DNA of 64,000 nucleotides from a virus: the IMG/VR virus record IMGVR_UViG_3300048925_000129. One strand, 5' to 3'. A program made the translations under genes and the position numbers. Of this stretch, positions 1-9,299 are shown piece after piece. Position 1 is the first letter of the stretch. The number at the start of each line of letters is the position of its first letter. The notes under the pieces are model-generated. The model saw nothing but the letters and a program-made list of their open reading frames with translations. It had not been told where the DNA came from and did no database searches.

Positions 1-1
1 G

Positions 2-394
2 ACAGCATTTGCACTTATGTTGACTTCTGAGAAAAATAAACTAATTGCTTGTTTAAGATTTGCCAGAATGAATGGTTCAGATAATCTTGATGTTAATACA
101 CAAGATTCAACTTTCCAAGCATTCTTCCACGACTGGGTTAATGCAGATGTTAAGAATGTAGATGACTTCTTAAGAGCAACAGACATGATCACTAAAAAAC
201 CAGGTTTAGAAGAAGTAATTATCTTCAGTCATTTACTTGATTTAGTGAGTTCTAACAAGGTAGTTAAGATCGGAGGGGAATATTCTTTCAAAGAAAATCC
301 ACTAGGTGCTGACCTTAAAACAGCAGCTAAGAACTTAGCAACTAGACCAACGTTAAAAGAAATAAAAACACAAATCTATAAAGAAATTGAATAA
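2..394 (+). CDS. 3' part of a conserved virion-module protein, 5'-truncated by the window edge
   Basis: Frame open from position 2; stop overlaps the next ATG (TAATG); sits at the start of the structural operon. Confidence 0.6.
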   Translation, partial: TAFALMLTSEKNKLIACLRFARMNGSDNLDVNTQDSTFQAFFHDWVNADVKNVDDFLRATDMITKKPGLEEVIIFSHLLDLVSSNKVVKIGGEYSFKENPLGADLKTAAKNLATRPTLKEIKTQIYKEIE

Positions 395-1062
395 TGCATC
401 CTGAGCTAGTCTATCAAAGAATGTTGGAGAAAACAAACAAGAACCTGAATAATGGTTCTATTGCTTTAGATAGAGCCAGAGCAGTTTCGATTTATAGAGA
501 AGAAGAAGGTAAGTTTATTGAGTACTGTCTTCAAAAGAGAAATACTTTTGATATTCAGGATATTCAAATCTTACTAACAACTGAAAAATTAAAACTAAAG
601 GAGGATACACTAAACTATTCCTCTTTTAGTTTACCTAATAAAGATAAATTCTTTGCATTTTCCAATGTAAAAATTAAAGCCTCATCTGGAGGCTGCTCTG
701 ATTACCTACTTCCTGTAGGTATTAAATCAGAAAACATAGAGGAAGTTCTATTCGATGTGAATAATGAACCCTCTTTTCCATACAGAGAAACACCTTATAC
801 TATTAGAGATAATTCAATTGTAGTCTTTAAGAAAGATTTCAAGGTAGATAATGTAGATTTAATTTACTATAGATATCCCAAGAAATTTGATCTGGAAGGT
901 TATATTGATGAGGAAGATAGACAATCTTTTAATTCTGAACCAGAATTTGATGATAAGATCGTTAATAGAATCATATCAATGGTAGCAACATCATTTGACA
1001 TAAATAATGAAAATTTAAACAAAGTTCAAGTTGATGTTAACAGGGTAATTTCAAAACTTTAA
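394..1062 (+). CDS. putative tail ring/adaptor protein (crAss-like)
   Basis: 222 aa; YYRYP..FD-type C-terminal motif and position resemble crAss-like ring proteins; from recall, not searched. Confidence 0.5.
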   Translation: MHPELVYQRMLEKTNKNLNNGSIALDRARAVSIYREEEGKFIEYCLQKRNTFDIQDIQILLTTEKLKLKEDTLNYSSFSLPNKDKFFAFSNVKIKASSGGCSDYLLPVGIKSENIEEVLFDVNNEPSFPYRETPYTIRDNSIVVFKKDFKVDNVDLIYYRYPKKFDLEGYIDEEDRQSFNSEPEFDDKIVNRIISMVATSFDINNENLNKVQVDVNRVISKL

Positions 1063-1093
1063 ACAACAAACAATTAATAATTAATTTTTAAAA

Positions 1094-3400
1094 ATGGCAA
1101 TACACAAACCTTGGGACAGACCTTTCTTTGTATTAGGAGGTTCTGTTATGAAAAATGGTTTCTCGTTGAACCTTGCTGAAGGACAATTTGGTATTTTCGA
1201 TGTGACAAAACAGACTCAAAGAGGTTCTGTAGCTGTTGAATCTTTCAAAGGGGGTCCTATTAACCAGTTTCCTAGAGGAGAAGCTTCATACGAATTAAAA
1301 TTAGGACACAACGGACCAGGAAGTATTCCAGGTGTAAGAAGTGTTTCTGACAAAAAATACAGTTCATTCCCATTCCATATTAAGGATGTATTGGATGTAA
1401 GAGTTTCCGTACCAAAAAGAAAAGATCAATCTGTAGATGAGCTTATTATTGGATATAATGGTATAGATCCTACAACTTCAATTCAGCTTATTCCTGGAGA
1501 TGAGAAAGAGCTTTACGTTGAATTATCAGGTAAAGCTTTAGAATATATTGGTGCTCCAGAAGGAATTCTTGGATTAACAGTTCCATTATCAGCTCCAGCT
1601 TTATTACCAGATCAATGTTCTCCAGTTCAAGATCTTTGTGCTCCAGTTGATATGTTACCTATTATTTTAGGTGCTGTTGATTACATTAGAGATTATGATG
1701 TAATGGGAGTTCCATTTGAAACATTTGCAGATGTTACTCCAATTATTGAACTGTCTGGATTAACTAGAACAGGGACTACAACTTCAACGTTGTTTACATT
1801 ACAAGTTTGTGATACTGGAGATGCTGGTGCATTAGCACTAGTTCAACAACAGTACGGAGATTTACAAGTAATTAGAGTATCTAGAAAAGGACCTATTTCT
1901 ACTTATCAAGTAGCTAAAACTGGTACTACAACTACTCCAGCTACAGCTCCAGCAGCATTTACTCAAACTATTCCTTCAATTATGAAAGGATGTGAGAGTT
2001 GTCCAGCAGGATATACTGAGCTTCCAGGAGGACTTTTATATGCAGTTGCATTAGAAGATGATGGCGTAGATAAAACATCTGTTATTCAGGCTTTACCAGG
2101 AGCAGTTGCAGGTACAGCTAAAAAAGCTGATGGACAAGAATTCGGTGTAGGTTTCTATACTGTTGTAACTGACAATGCATTAACTGATGCAGAGATCACT
2201 ACTTTCATGACTGCAAACCCTACAGCAATTGTAGAATTTGTAAATGATATTCTTCCAATCTGTGAAAATGGAACTGTAACAACAGCAACATGGGCTACAG
2301 GATCAACAGTAACAGCATCTACTCAATCATATACTATTGATTTACCAGATAATGAGTGTGGTCAATCAAGACTTGCAGAACTACAAGTTGCTTTTCCTAA
2401 TTTAGTTATCACATTAGCTGATTCAACTAAATCAACCAGAACAGTTACCTTAACAGGGACAAGTGGAACAGCTAATATTGTGGTTGGTGGAGTAAACTAC
2501 TTAGCTACTTTTGCAACTAATTTAACTACTACAGCTAACAACTTTGTATCTACACATGGTGCAGCAATTAATACAGCCACAGGAGCTACAGTAACAGCAT
2601 CTAACGGTGTAATTACATTTACTGATACTACAGTAGGTTTTCCAACTTTAAGTGTTGCTAACGTAACTACAAACTTAGCAGGAACTGTAGGAACTATTAC
2701 TGCTATTCCAGTTACAGGAGGATGTCAAAGAAGATATAGAACAGTTGTTCCAACTAATTTCTTGGGAACTGAATGTTCAGAAATTTTTGTGGACTTATAC
2801 AGAAGTGAAGCTCCAGCTTCATTTGATGGTCATAAATGGAAAGAGGATTTCACTCAAGTTAGTGGAGTTGGAGGGTTCTACGGAATCAGACTAAAAGGTA
2901 AGAAGTTCAAGCTTGCTTCTGGAGAATGTCTTAGAGATATGATTGGATACACTGAAGATTCAGTTAAGATCCAAGCTTCAGGAGGTTACATTAGAGATTT
3001 TAATCTAGGTGTTAACTTTGCAAGAAATATTAAGGATACTCCTTTCAATGTAGAATATCTAACTCAATGGAAACCAAGAACTCACGTTCTAGGTAACATG
3101 TTAGACGAAGAAAAAGTATCAAGAGCATTCTTCTCAGGTATGCATATTGACTACAACTACATGGGTAGAATTCTTACTGGGAATGAATCTAACATACTTG
3201 ACTTAGATGCACAGTTTGTAGATTATGCAATCACCATTAGAAGAAGAAACTTCAGTCAAGGACTTTCATCTGTTAAGGATGAATACATCGACTACCATAT
3301 TAACGTAGAGTTAGGTAGACACCAAGATGTAGAAGACCTTGTTAATGCTTTAGCTGCTGGTGCAGGACTTCCAGGTGTACAAGCTTTTGGAAATGCATAA
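1094..3400 (+). CDS. abundant virion structural protein (auxiliary capsid/tail-associated)
   Basis: 768 aa, Thr/Gly/Val-rich and beta-prone, paired Cys, followed by an intrinsic terminator. Confidence 0.55.
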   Translation: MAIHKPWDRPFFVLGGSVMKNGFSLNLAEGQFGIFDVTKQTQRGSVAVESFKGGPINQFPRGEASYELKLGHNGPGSIPGVRSVSDKKYSSFPFHIKDVLDVRVSVPKRKDQSVDELIIGYNGIDPTTSIQLIPGDEKELYVELSGKALEYIGAPEGILGLTVPLSAPALLPDQCSPVQDLCAPVDMLPIILGAVDYIRDYDVMGVPFETFADVTPIIELSGLTRTGTTTSTLFTLQVCDTGDAGALALVQQQYGDLQVIRVSRKGPISTYQVAKTGTTTTPATAPAAFTQTIPSIMKGCESCPAGYTELPGGLLYAVALEDDGVDKTSVIQALPGAVAGTAKKADGQEFGVGFYTVVTDNALTDAEITTFMTANPTAIVEFVNDILPICENGTVTTATWATGSTVTASTQSYTIDLPDNECGQSRLAELQVAFPNLVITLADSTKSTRTVTLTGTSGTANIVVGGVNYLATFATNLTTTANNFVSTHGAAINTATGATVTASNGVITFTDTTVGFPTLSVANVTTNLAGTVGTITAIPVTGGCQRRYRTVVPTNFLGTECSEIFVDLYRSEAPASFDGHKWKEDFTQVSGVGGFYGIRLKGKKFKLASGECLRDMIGYTEDSVKIQASGGYIRDFNLGVNFARNIKDTPFNVEYLTQWKPRTHVLGNMLDEEKVSRAFFSGMHIDYNYMGRILTGNESNILDLDAQFVDYAITIRRRNFSQGLSSVKDEYIDYHINVELGRHQDVEDLVNALAAGAGLPGVQAFGNA

Positions 3401-3430
3401 TAAAATAAGTTTAAAAACACTTTAAATATA

Positions 3431-3464
3431 AAGGGGAGGGTTAATTCAAACCTTCCCTTTTTTT
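3431..3464 (+). terminator. intrinsic terminator
   Basis: aaggggagg...ccttccctt stem followed by a T run. Confidence 0.8.
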
Positions 3465-3477
3465 AATCCCATAGTAT

Positions 3478-4017
3478 ATGTCACAAATAAATATAGATTT
3501 TCAGGTACTTACCAATTACAATCCAAAATATTTAGTTGTTGTTGACACATCTGATTGGCAAAATATAAAAGGAAAACCCTCTATTATAGAGATTACTCTT
3601 CCAGGATTTAGTGATCCTATTGTACACTACTTCTCTCAGGGGCAAGTTAATGTATTTAACTCAGTTAACTTAGGATTAAACTGTAAAGAGTGTGGTATAA
3701 AGGAACAGGATTTTAATGATCTTCCTGATGGTATATACCAAATAACTGTTAAAGGATCTCCTTCAAACTTTCAGAACACAAGATACTTCTTAAAGAATGA
3801 TAGTCTTAGATTAAAGCTAGATATGGCTTTCATGAAATTCAATTTAGGTTGTAATGAATTCGATAAAACATTACTGGAAAAACTTCAAAAGATTGACTTC
3901 CTAATAAAGGCAGCAGAATCTAATGTAAGATTAGGACATCAATGTGAAGCTCAAGAACTAATGTTTAGAGCAGAAAAAGAAATCAACAAATTAAAAAATT
4001 GTAAATCATGTGTTTAG
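3478..4017 (+). CDS. putative tail hub/fibre-attachment protein
   Basis: 179 aa; beta-rich N-half with LPDGIY motif, helical C-half, CxxC pairs. Confidence 0.45.
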   Translation: MSQINIDFQVLTNYNPKYLVVVDTSDWQNIKGKPSIIEITLPGFSDPIVHYFSQGQVNVFNSVNLGLNCKECGIKEQDFNDLPDGIYQITVKGSPSNFQNTRYFLKNDSLRLKLDMAFMKFNLGCNEFDKTLLEKLQKIDFLIKAAESNVRLGHQCEAQELMFRAEKEINKLKNCKSCV

Positions 4018-4271
4018 CCTGTCAGAAATCAACAGCATCTACACCTATGAGAAAGAAATCCGAATGTGGATATCTTTTTACCGAATTAACTAATTTGGAT
4101 CTACAGGTTTTAGATTTGTATAAAATTAATAAAGATGCAAATCTATTAGGAGTTAATAAAACTTTAAGATCTTGGATCACGGCCTTAAATAGGGAGTGTC
4201 CTCCAAGTGATGAATTAAACGTAGTTAGAGAATTTATAAGAAATGAGTACCCAAAGTATTTTCCAGAATGA
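4008..4271 (+). CDS. small Cys-containing virion-module protein
   Basis: 87 aa, overlaps both neighbours, N-terminal CxxC. Confidence 0.55.
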   Translation: MCLACQKSTASTPMRKKSECGYLFTELTNLDLQVLDLYKINKDANLLGVNKTLRSWITALNRECPPSDELNVVREFIRNEYPKYFPE

Positions 4272-4494
4272 TTTAGAAGACGTTAAGTCTAGATTAGATG
4301 AGCACTTTGCTTGTCTATCCAACAAGATGTTGCTGGAATCTAAGTTTGGATTCAAATTCTCTATGACTTCTACAGATACATTTTTATTTAATTATTTATA
4401 TGAGCTTATCAATAAGGACACCAATTGCTACTTGATTTTAAACGATGAGTGCACCTTAGAGAAAGTAAACAAATTACTACTAAAATATAAATAA
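4243..4494 (+). CDS. small hypothetical virion-module protein
   Basis: 83 aa, TAATG-coupled to the next gene. Confidence 0.55.
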   Translation: MSTQSIFQNDLEDVKSRLDEHFACLSNKMLLESKFGFKFSMTSTDTFLFNYLYELINKDTNCYLILNDECTLEKVNKLLLKYK

Positions 4495-4943
4495 TGAATT
4501 GTAATAAAAAAATTAAATACACATGTGGGAACAAAGTTCCTTCAACTTGTGTTTTTTATAGCTTAGAAGAGACTATTCCAGAGTTTTCTAACTTGAATGG
4601 AGAGTCTTGTATAGTGATTGAAGAAACAACACATGACCTTTATGAACTCATTAAGTCGATTAAACTTTCAATTGATTTAGATGATTTTGATAAAGGGTGT
4701 TTAAACATAGATAAAGTAAAAGATCCTTATGATAAAAAAGATAAATATCTTATAAAGGATATTCTTACTGCATTAAAAGATAAAGCATGTGCTGACTCTT
4801 CAAATGGTTCTGATCAGCAGAACATAGAATGGATTTTAAATAATCTAGATTATAAGTGTTTAGTATTACCTTGTAACGCTAAACCTAAAAATCTTTTCCA
4901 ATTCTTTCAACTTTTAATTGATAAAATTTGTTCAAATGGCTAA
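4494..4943 (+). CDS. Cys-rich fibre-associated protein
   Basis: 149 aa; C..CVFY motif and repeated LDxxCL...L..LxDKxC units. Confidence 0.55.
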   Translation: MNCNKKIKYTCGNKVPSTCVFYSLEETIPEFSNLNGESCIVIEETTHDLYELIKSIKLSIDLDDFDKGCLNIDKVKDPYDKKDKYLIKDILTALKDKACADSSNGSDQQNIEWILNNLDYKCLVLPCNAKPKNLFQFFQLLIDKICSNG

Positions 4944-5211
4944 GAGAATATGTGGACAGGTAAACATACCTGAAGTAGATGAGACTTTAAGTAATTGTGA
5001 TATTTTTCTTAATACTGAATGTATTATGGTCACTTACAAATCAAGTTTTGTTAAAAATAAAGTTGGAGGCAGCTTAAATGATTACTTAAAGCTATTGGAT
5101 GATAGATTAAACAAAATGAACAACCAAATATTTCAACTAACAAAGACCGTTGAAATTTTACAACAAGGTATGACTCTTCCAGATGGAATTGGAGTTTTTC
5201 CAACAACTTAA
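4936..5211 (+). CDS. Cys-containing coiled-coil fibre-associated protein
   Basis: Start moved to ATG 4936 (MAKRICG), overlapping the upstream stop; C-terminal heptads. Confidence 0.55.
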   Translation: MAKRICGQVNIPEVDETLSNCDIFLNTECIMVTYKSSFVKNKVGGSLNDYLKLLDDRLNKMNNQIFQLTKTVEILQQGMTLPDGIGVFPTT

Positions 5212-5220
5212 AGAATAAGA

Positions 5221-6645
5221 ATGAATAATTATAAAAAACCTTGTGGATGCAAGGATAAAAAAGTTCCATGTGGTTGTGAGGAACCACTGATTTGTGGGTG
5301 TTCAAATAAATATGATTTACTTTGTTCTTTCTATAGTGGTAATCCATTAAATCCAATTGGTATTGAGCCAGGGATGGATGGAAACACTGTTGTTAGAATG
5401 ATAGTTGAGTATATTGATTCTGAGATATCTCAAATACAAATGGACCCAACAGTAATAGAAAGTATTGGAGGTAAAATTCCTATATATAAGGGTTTATCCG
5501 ATGGATTTATTCATCAAATTAAATCTATTCAAGGACAACCCAATGGAGGAGTTATTGTTGAGAATGCACAAGCCACTCCAAATGATTGTAATGAAAAGGG
5601 GGATTATATTAATGTTAAAATAGATGAAACTTGGTTAACTAATTTCCTTAATCAGTGGATATTAACTATTGACTTGTGTCCTTTAGTAGCTAATTGTGGA
5701 CAAGAAATACAAAACCCAACAGTTACAAATATTCCTATATCATTAGCTAACAGAGGTACAAAGACCTTTACATTATCAGACTTTACATCACATTATGTTG
5801 ACCCTCAGGGAGACCCATTAACATCAATTAGATTAATTGGTAATATAACAGGATATAAATTAAACGGAGTAGCTTATGTATCCAATACTGAAGTTACAGC
5901 AGCTAATTTAGCATCAGGGGCACTAACATATACTGGAGAAAATATAGACTCATTATATACTTATGATACTCCATACCAAGCTAAAGATTCTCAAAATAAT
6001 TGGTCAAACATAGCTGATATTATAATAACAGTAGCTGCTAAACAATTTTTATCCTTTAGTACTCCTACTCTGTCTCTTATAAGAGAAGTATCTAATACAA
6101 AAACATCTAGTATAGCATTTAGTAATGGTAATGGTCAGATTATGCCAAATGGATATATATTCGTATCTCAAGGTACTTCGGGACAGCCAGGATATTTAAG
6201 AATAACTTCAACTTCGCAAGTAACTTTAAATGGTACAGGTAATATTCCTATTCAAGTAGTATCAATACCAACCTCTACACAATCAAATCAAACTGTTAAT
6301 TACGTTTTTGATGGTTCTAATGGAAGCATTAATTTAATATATAACTCAAATCCTGTAACGCAAGATATTGTAATTAATATACCTAATAGAGGAGAACATG
6401 TATTTACTTCACAAGAATTCCTTAATGCTTACTTTGATTACGATGGGGATTCCCTTACTGAATTCAGAGCAATGGTTCCTGTAGCAGGAATGAAATTAAA
6501 TGGACTTGATTATATTGCAGGTACTTGGATTCCTATTAATAATGCTACTCAATTATCATTTACTGGGGCTAATCAAAATGCAGCATACCAACAAATAACT
6601 CCTTGGCAAGCCAAAGATTCTCAAGGTAATATTTCATCACTTTAA
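5221..6645 (+). CDS. fibre protein: Cys-rich N-terminus plus tandem Ig/cadherin-like domains
   Basis: CGC repeats; internal repeat NRG..FT..F...YxDx(Q/D)GDxL...[YW]QAKDSQ occurs twice. Confidence 0.7.
   Translation: MNNYKKPCGCKDKKVPCGCEEPLICGCSNKYDLLCSFYSGNPLNPIGIEPGMDGNTVVRMIVEYIDSEISQIQMDPTVIESIGGKIPIYKGLSDGFIHQIKSIQGQPNGGVIVENAQATPNDCNEKGDYINVKIDETWLTNFLNQWILTIDLCPLVANCGQEIQNPTVTNIPISLANRGTKTFTLSDFTSHYVDPQGDPLTSIRLIGNITGYKLNGVAYVSNTEVTAANLASGALTYTGENIDSLYTYDTPYQAKDSQNNWSNIADIIITVAAKQFLSFSTPTLSLIREVSNTKTSSIAFSNGNGQIMPNGYIFVSQGTSGQPGYLRITSTSQVTLNGTGNIPIQVVSIPTSTQSNQTVNYVFDGSNGSINLIYNSNPVTQDIVINIPNRGEHVFTSQEFLNAYFDYDGDSLTEFRAMVPVAGMKLNGLDYIAGTWIPINNATQLSFTGANQNAAYQQITPWQAKDSQGNISSL
6610..6639 (+). 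repeat. 30-bp direct repeat, copy 1 (gccaaagattctcaaggtaatatttcatca)
   Basis: Identical to 14831-14860. Confidence 0.95.
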
Positions 6646-6656
6646 TATATTAAATA

Positions 6657-7088
6657 ATGATAGAATATAAGAATTTTAAATGGGCTGAAATTATCGAAGA
6701 TGAATCTCAGATAACTAAAACTAGTGCCTTATATATGATCCCTGTCGATAATACTACATTTAGAATAGTAGTAGCAGACGAGGATGGAAATAGAAGAACA
6801 ATATTTAGTACTGGACAACCAGGAGAAAATGCAACAATAGAAATTGGAAGTGTAGAAAAATTACCACCAGATGGGTTTCCTACAGTAAATAATATAGGAA
6901 CAGATACTCATGCTATTTTAGAGTTTGGAATACCCCAAGGAGGAAAGGGTGACCCAGGAGAGGCAGGAGATATATCTGCAATAAATTTTGAAGTAAACGA
7001 TGATATGCATTTAATAATGCAATTAGAAACAAATACAAATTTAGATTTCATTTTAGATAGTGACGGACATTTAATATTGACAAATTAA
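6657..7088 (+). CDS. fibre adapter with short collagen-like stretch and C-terminal module B
   Basis: FGIPQGGKGDPGEAG; C-terminus INFEVNDDMHLIM...DGHLILTN is shared with 8976..9281. Confidence 0.7.
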   Translation: MIEYKNFKWAEIIEDESQITKTSALYMIPVDNTTFRIVVADEDGNRRTIFSTGQPGENATIEIGSVEKLPPDGFPTVNNIGTDTHAILEFGIPQGGKGDPGEAGDISAINFEVNDDMHLIMQLETNTNLDFILDSDGHLILTN

Positions 7089-7106
7089 TATGGCAATAGA
7101 CTTAGG
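7065..7106 (+). repeat. 42-bp gene-junction repeat, copy 1
   Basis: 38/42 identical to 9258-9299; spans stop-T-ATG. Confidence 0.9.
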
Positions 7107-8937
7107 TAAAATAGCTATGACATTAGAAGGATCTTATGATAGTTCTATAACATATAATAAATTAGACACTGTTACATTTAATGGTAGCTCATATACATCT
7201 AGTGTAGATAACAATAATGCACCTATAACAGATACAACAAGTTGGCAATTAATTGCTAAGAAAGGTCAAGATGGTAATGATGGTATCCCTGGTCCTATTG
7301 GTGAGAAAGGAGATAAGGGGGAAGACGGAATAGATGGTATCAATGGTACTAATGCTCAATCTTTTAACTATAAAGGAGAAGTAGTAAATTATGCAGGGTT
7401 ACCTGCAACAGGTAACATTATTAATGATGCTTATTTTAATAGAGCAGATAATTTGTGGTACATATATAATGGTACTAGTTTTCCTTCTAATGGACAAGGA
7501 TTACCTGTAGGTGTATTGAGTTTAACTACTACATTTGATAAAACAAATACAACTAAAGCAGAAAGTGGTAAAAATATTTATGATGCCTCAGAAGATTTAG
7601 TTAAAAAAGCACTAGAAAGTCCAGGAAGTGTTTATGCAAAATATGGATGGGATACAAATTATGTAGGAATAGCTGGTACTACTACAATGGTTTGTAATAT
7701 GGCTTATTTAACAGGGTCTGCTACTATAGGTAGAGTAACTATTAATGCACCAGTATCTGGTAATTTTGAAATATATAAAGTTAATGGTGGTGTAACTCCT
7801 ACTATAGGTAATGCTTTAACTAAAACTTATATAACTACAGTAGCTTTGACAGTAGGTATTAATGTAATAGATACTTCAATTCCTGGAGTAGCAGGAGATA
7901 TGATTGCAATTAAAAACCTATCAGGATCTATTGGTTATACAGATGGAGGAACTCATCAATATTTTGATGCTTCACCAGCTACTATATTAAATATAAATTC
8001 AGGTTATATTGCTTATTATTTTGAAACATCTGTTCAAGGATCAGTACAATATCCTTTAGATAATTTAAAAAAAGTAGTCACAATAAGTACTACTGATTTT
8101 GATAAGATATTAGAGGGTTCAGATACAAGTTCATCAATACATTCAAGAATTACAATAGAAGGACAATCTAATGCTTTAGGTGTTGGTTTTGCTTCTGGGT
8201 TAACAGTACCTCCTTATAATACATCTTTATTTGATTGGACACTTGAGTTCTCAAGAGTTTTTATTTGGAATCCTAAAACAGATAAGTATGAAAATATACA
8301 AATAGGAGTTAATAATATGGCCTCTTGGGATTCATATTATACTATAGGTGCTCCTACACCTCAATCAACATTTGGTCCAGAAATAGGAGTTGCTTTAATT
8401 TGGTTACAAACACATAAATCAGGAAATCTATATATTGATAAGAATGTTGGCGATGGAAGACCTATCTCTTACTTTCAAAAAGGTACAGCTTATTATACTG
8501 AAAAAATAAATAGGAAAACAAAAGCTGATCTATGGTTAAAGGACAGAGGATTTTCTGTATCAGAAGTAGGATTTATATGGGTTCAAGGAGAAGCAGATAT
8601 GTCTCAAACAGATACATATTATAAATCTCAGTTAGATATGTTAATTAATGATAGATTAACTGATGGTTTTATTGATTCTAAGACTAAATTAATTATTACT
8701 CAAATTCCAGTTGGATCAGGGAATTATGGAGCAGGTGTATTTAATGCAAAAAGTCAATTTGTAGCATCTAATAAAAATTCAATATTAGTACCATATACAA
8801 ATAATTTTAATGGGGATAATATACATTTGAATACTACAGGTCAAATTAATTTAGGGATGTTATCAGCTATTAAAATATTACCTTCTGATAATTTAAACTA
8901 TACAGATTTAGAAACCAAAATATATTGGAACAAATAA
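7090..8937 (+). CDS. receptor-binding protein with C-terminal SASA/CE6-type acetylesterase
   Basis: N-terminal module A, GXY collagen run, GQSN, FGPE, WVQGEAD and DNIH motifs. Confidence 0.8.
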   Translation: MAIDLGKIAMTLEGSYDSSITYNKLDTVTFNGSSYTSSVDNNNAPITDTTSWQLIAKKGQDGNDGIPGPIGEKGDKGEDGIDGINGTNAQSFNYKGEVVNYAGLPATGNIINDAYFNRADNLWYIYNGTSFPSNGQGLPVGVLSLTTTFDKTNTTKAESGKNIYDASEDLVKKALESPGSVYAKYGWDTNYVGIAGTTTMVCNMAYLTGSATIGRVTINAPVSGNFEIYKVNGGVTPTIGNALTKTYITTVALTVGINVIDTSIPGVAGDMIAIKNLSGSIGYTDGGTHQYFDASPATILNINSGYIAYYFETSVQGSVQYPLDNLKKVVTISTTDFDKILEGSDTSSSIHSRITIEGQSNALGVGFASGLTVPPYNTSLFDWTLEFSRVFIWNPKTDKYENIQIGVNNMASWDSYYTIGAPTPQSTFGPEIGVALIWLQTHKSGNLYIDKNVGDGRPISYFQKGTAYYTEKINRKTKADLWLKDRGFSVSEVGFIWVQGEADMSQTDTYYKSQLDMLINDRLTDGFIDSKTKLIITQIPVGSGNYGAGVFNAKSQFVASNKNSILVPYTNNFNGDNIHLNTTGQINLGMLSAIKILPSDNLNYTDLETKIYWNK

Positions 8938-8975
8938 TAACATACAATAAAACTAATATTAATTAATTAATTAAA

Positions 8976-9281
8976 ATGTCAACAGATTTAGGGAAGATAT
9001 CTATAACTTTAGAAGGGGAATATAATGCCTCTATAGTTTATTCTAAGTTAGATATGGTTACGTTTAATGGTAGTTCTTACACTTCTAAAAAAGATAATAA
9101 TACAGCACCAATAACAGATGTAACAAGCTGGCAATTGAGTGCTCAAAAAGGCGATACAGGGAATGTATCTACTATATCATTTAACATAAATAATGATATG
9201 GATTTAATAATGGAATTAAGTACAAACAGTAATTTAAATTTTGTTATTGATAGTACAGGACATTTAATATTAATAAATTAA
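8976..9281 (+). CDS. small adapter (module A + module B)
   Basis: N-half paralogous to the N-termini of 7090 and 9283; C-half paralogous to the C-terminus of 6657. Confidence 0.8.
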   Translation: MSTDLGKISITLEGEYNASIVYSKLDMVTFNGSSYTSKKDNNTAPITDVTSWQLSAQKGDTGNVSTISFNINNDMDLIMELSTNSNLNFVIDSTGHLILIN

Positions 9282-9299
9282 TATGGCAATAAATTTAGG
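9258..9299 (+). repeat. 42-bp gene-junction repeat, copy 2
   Basis: 38/42 identical to 7065-7106. Confidence 0.9.
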
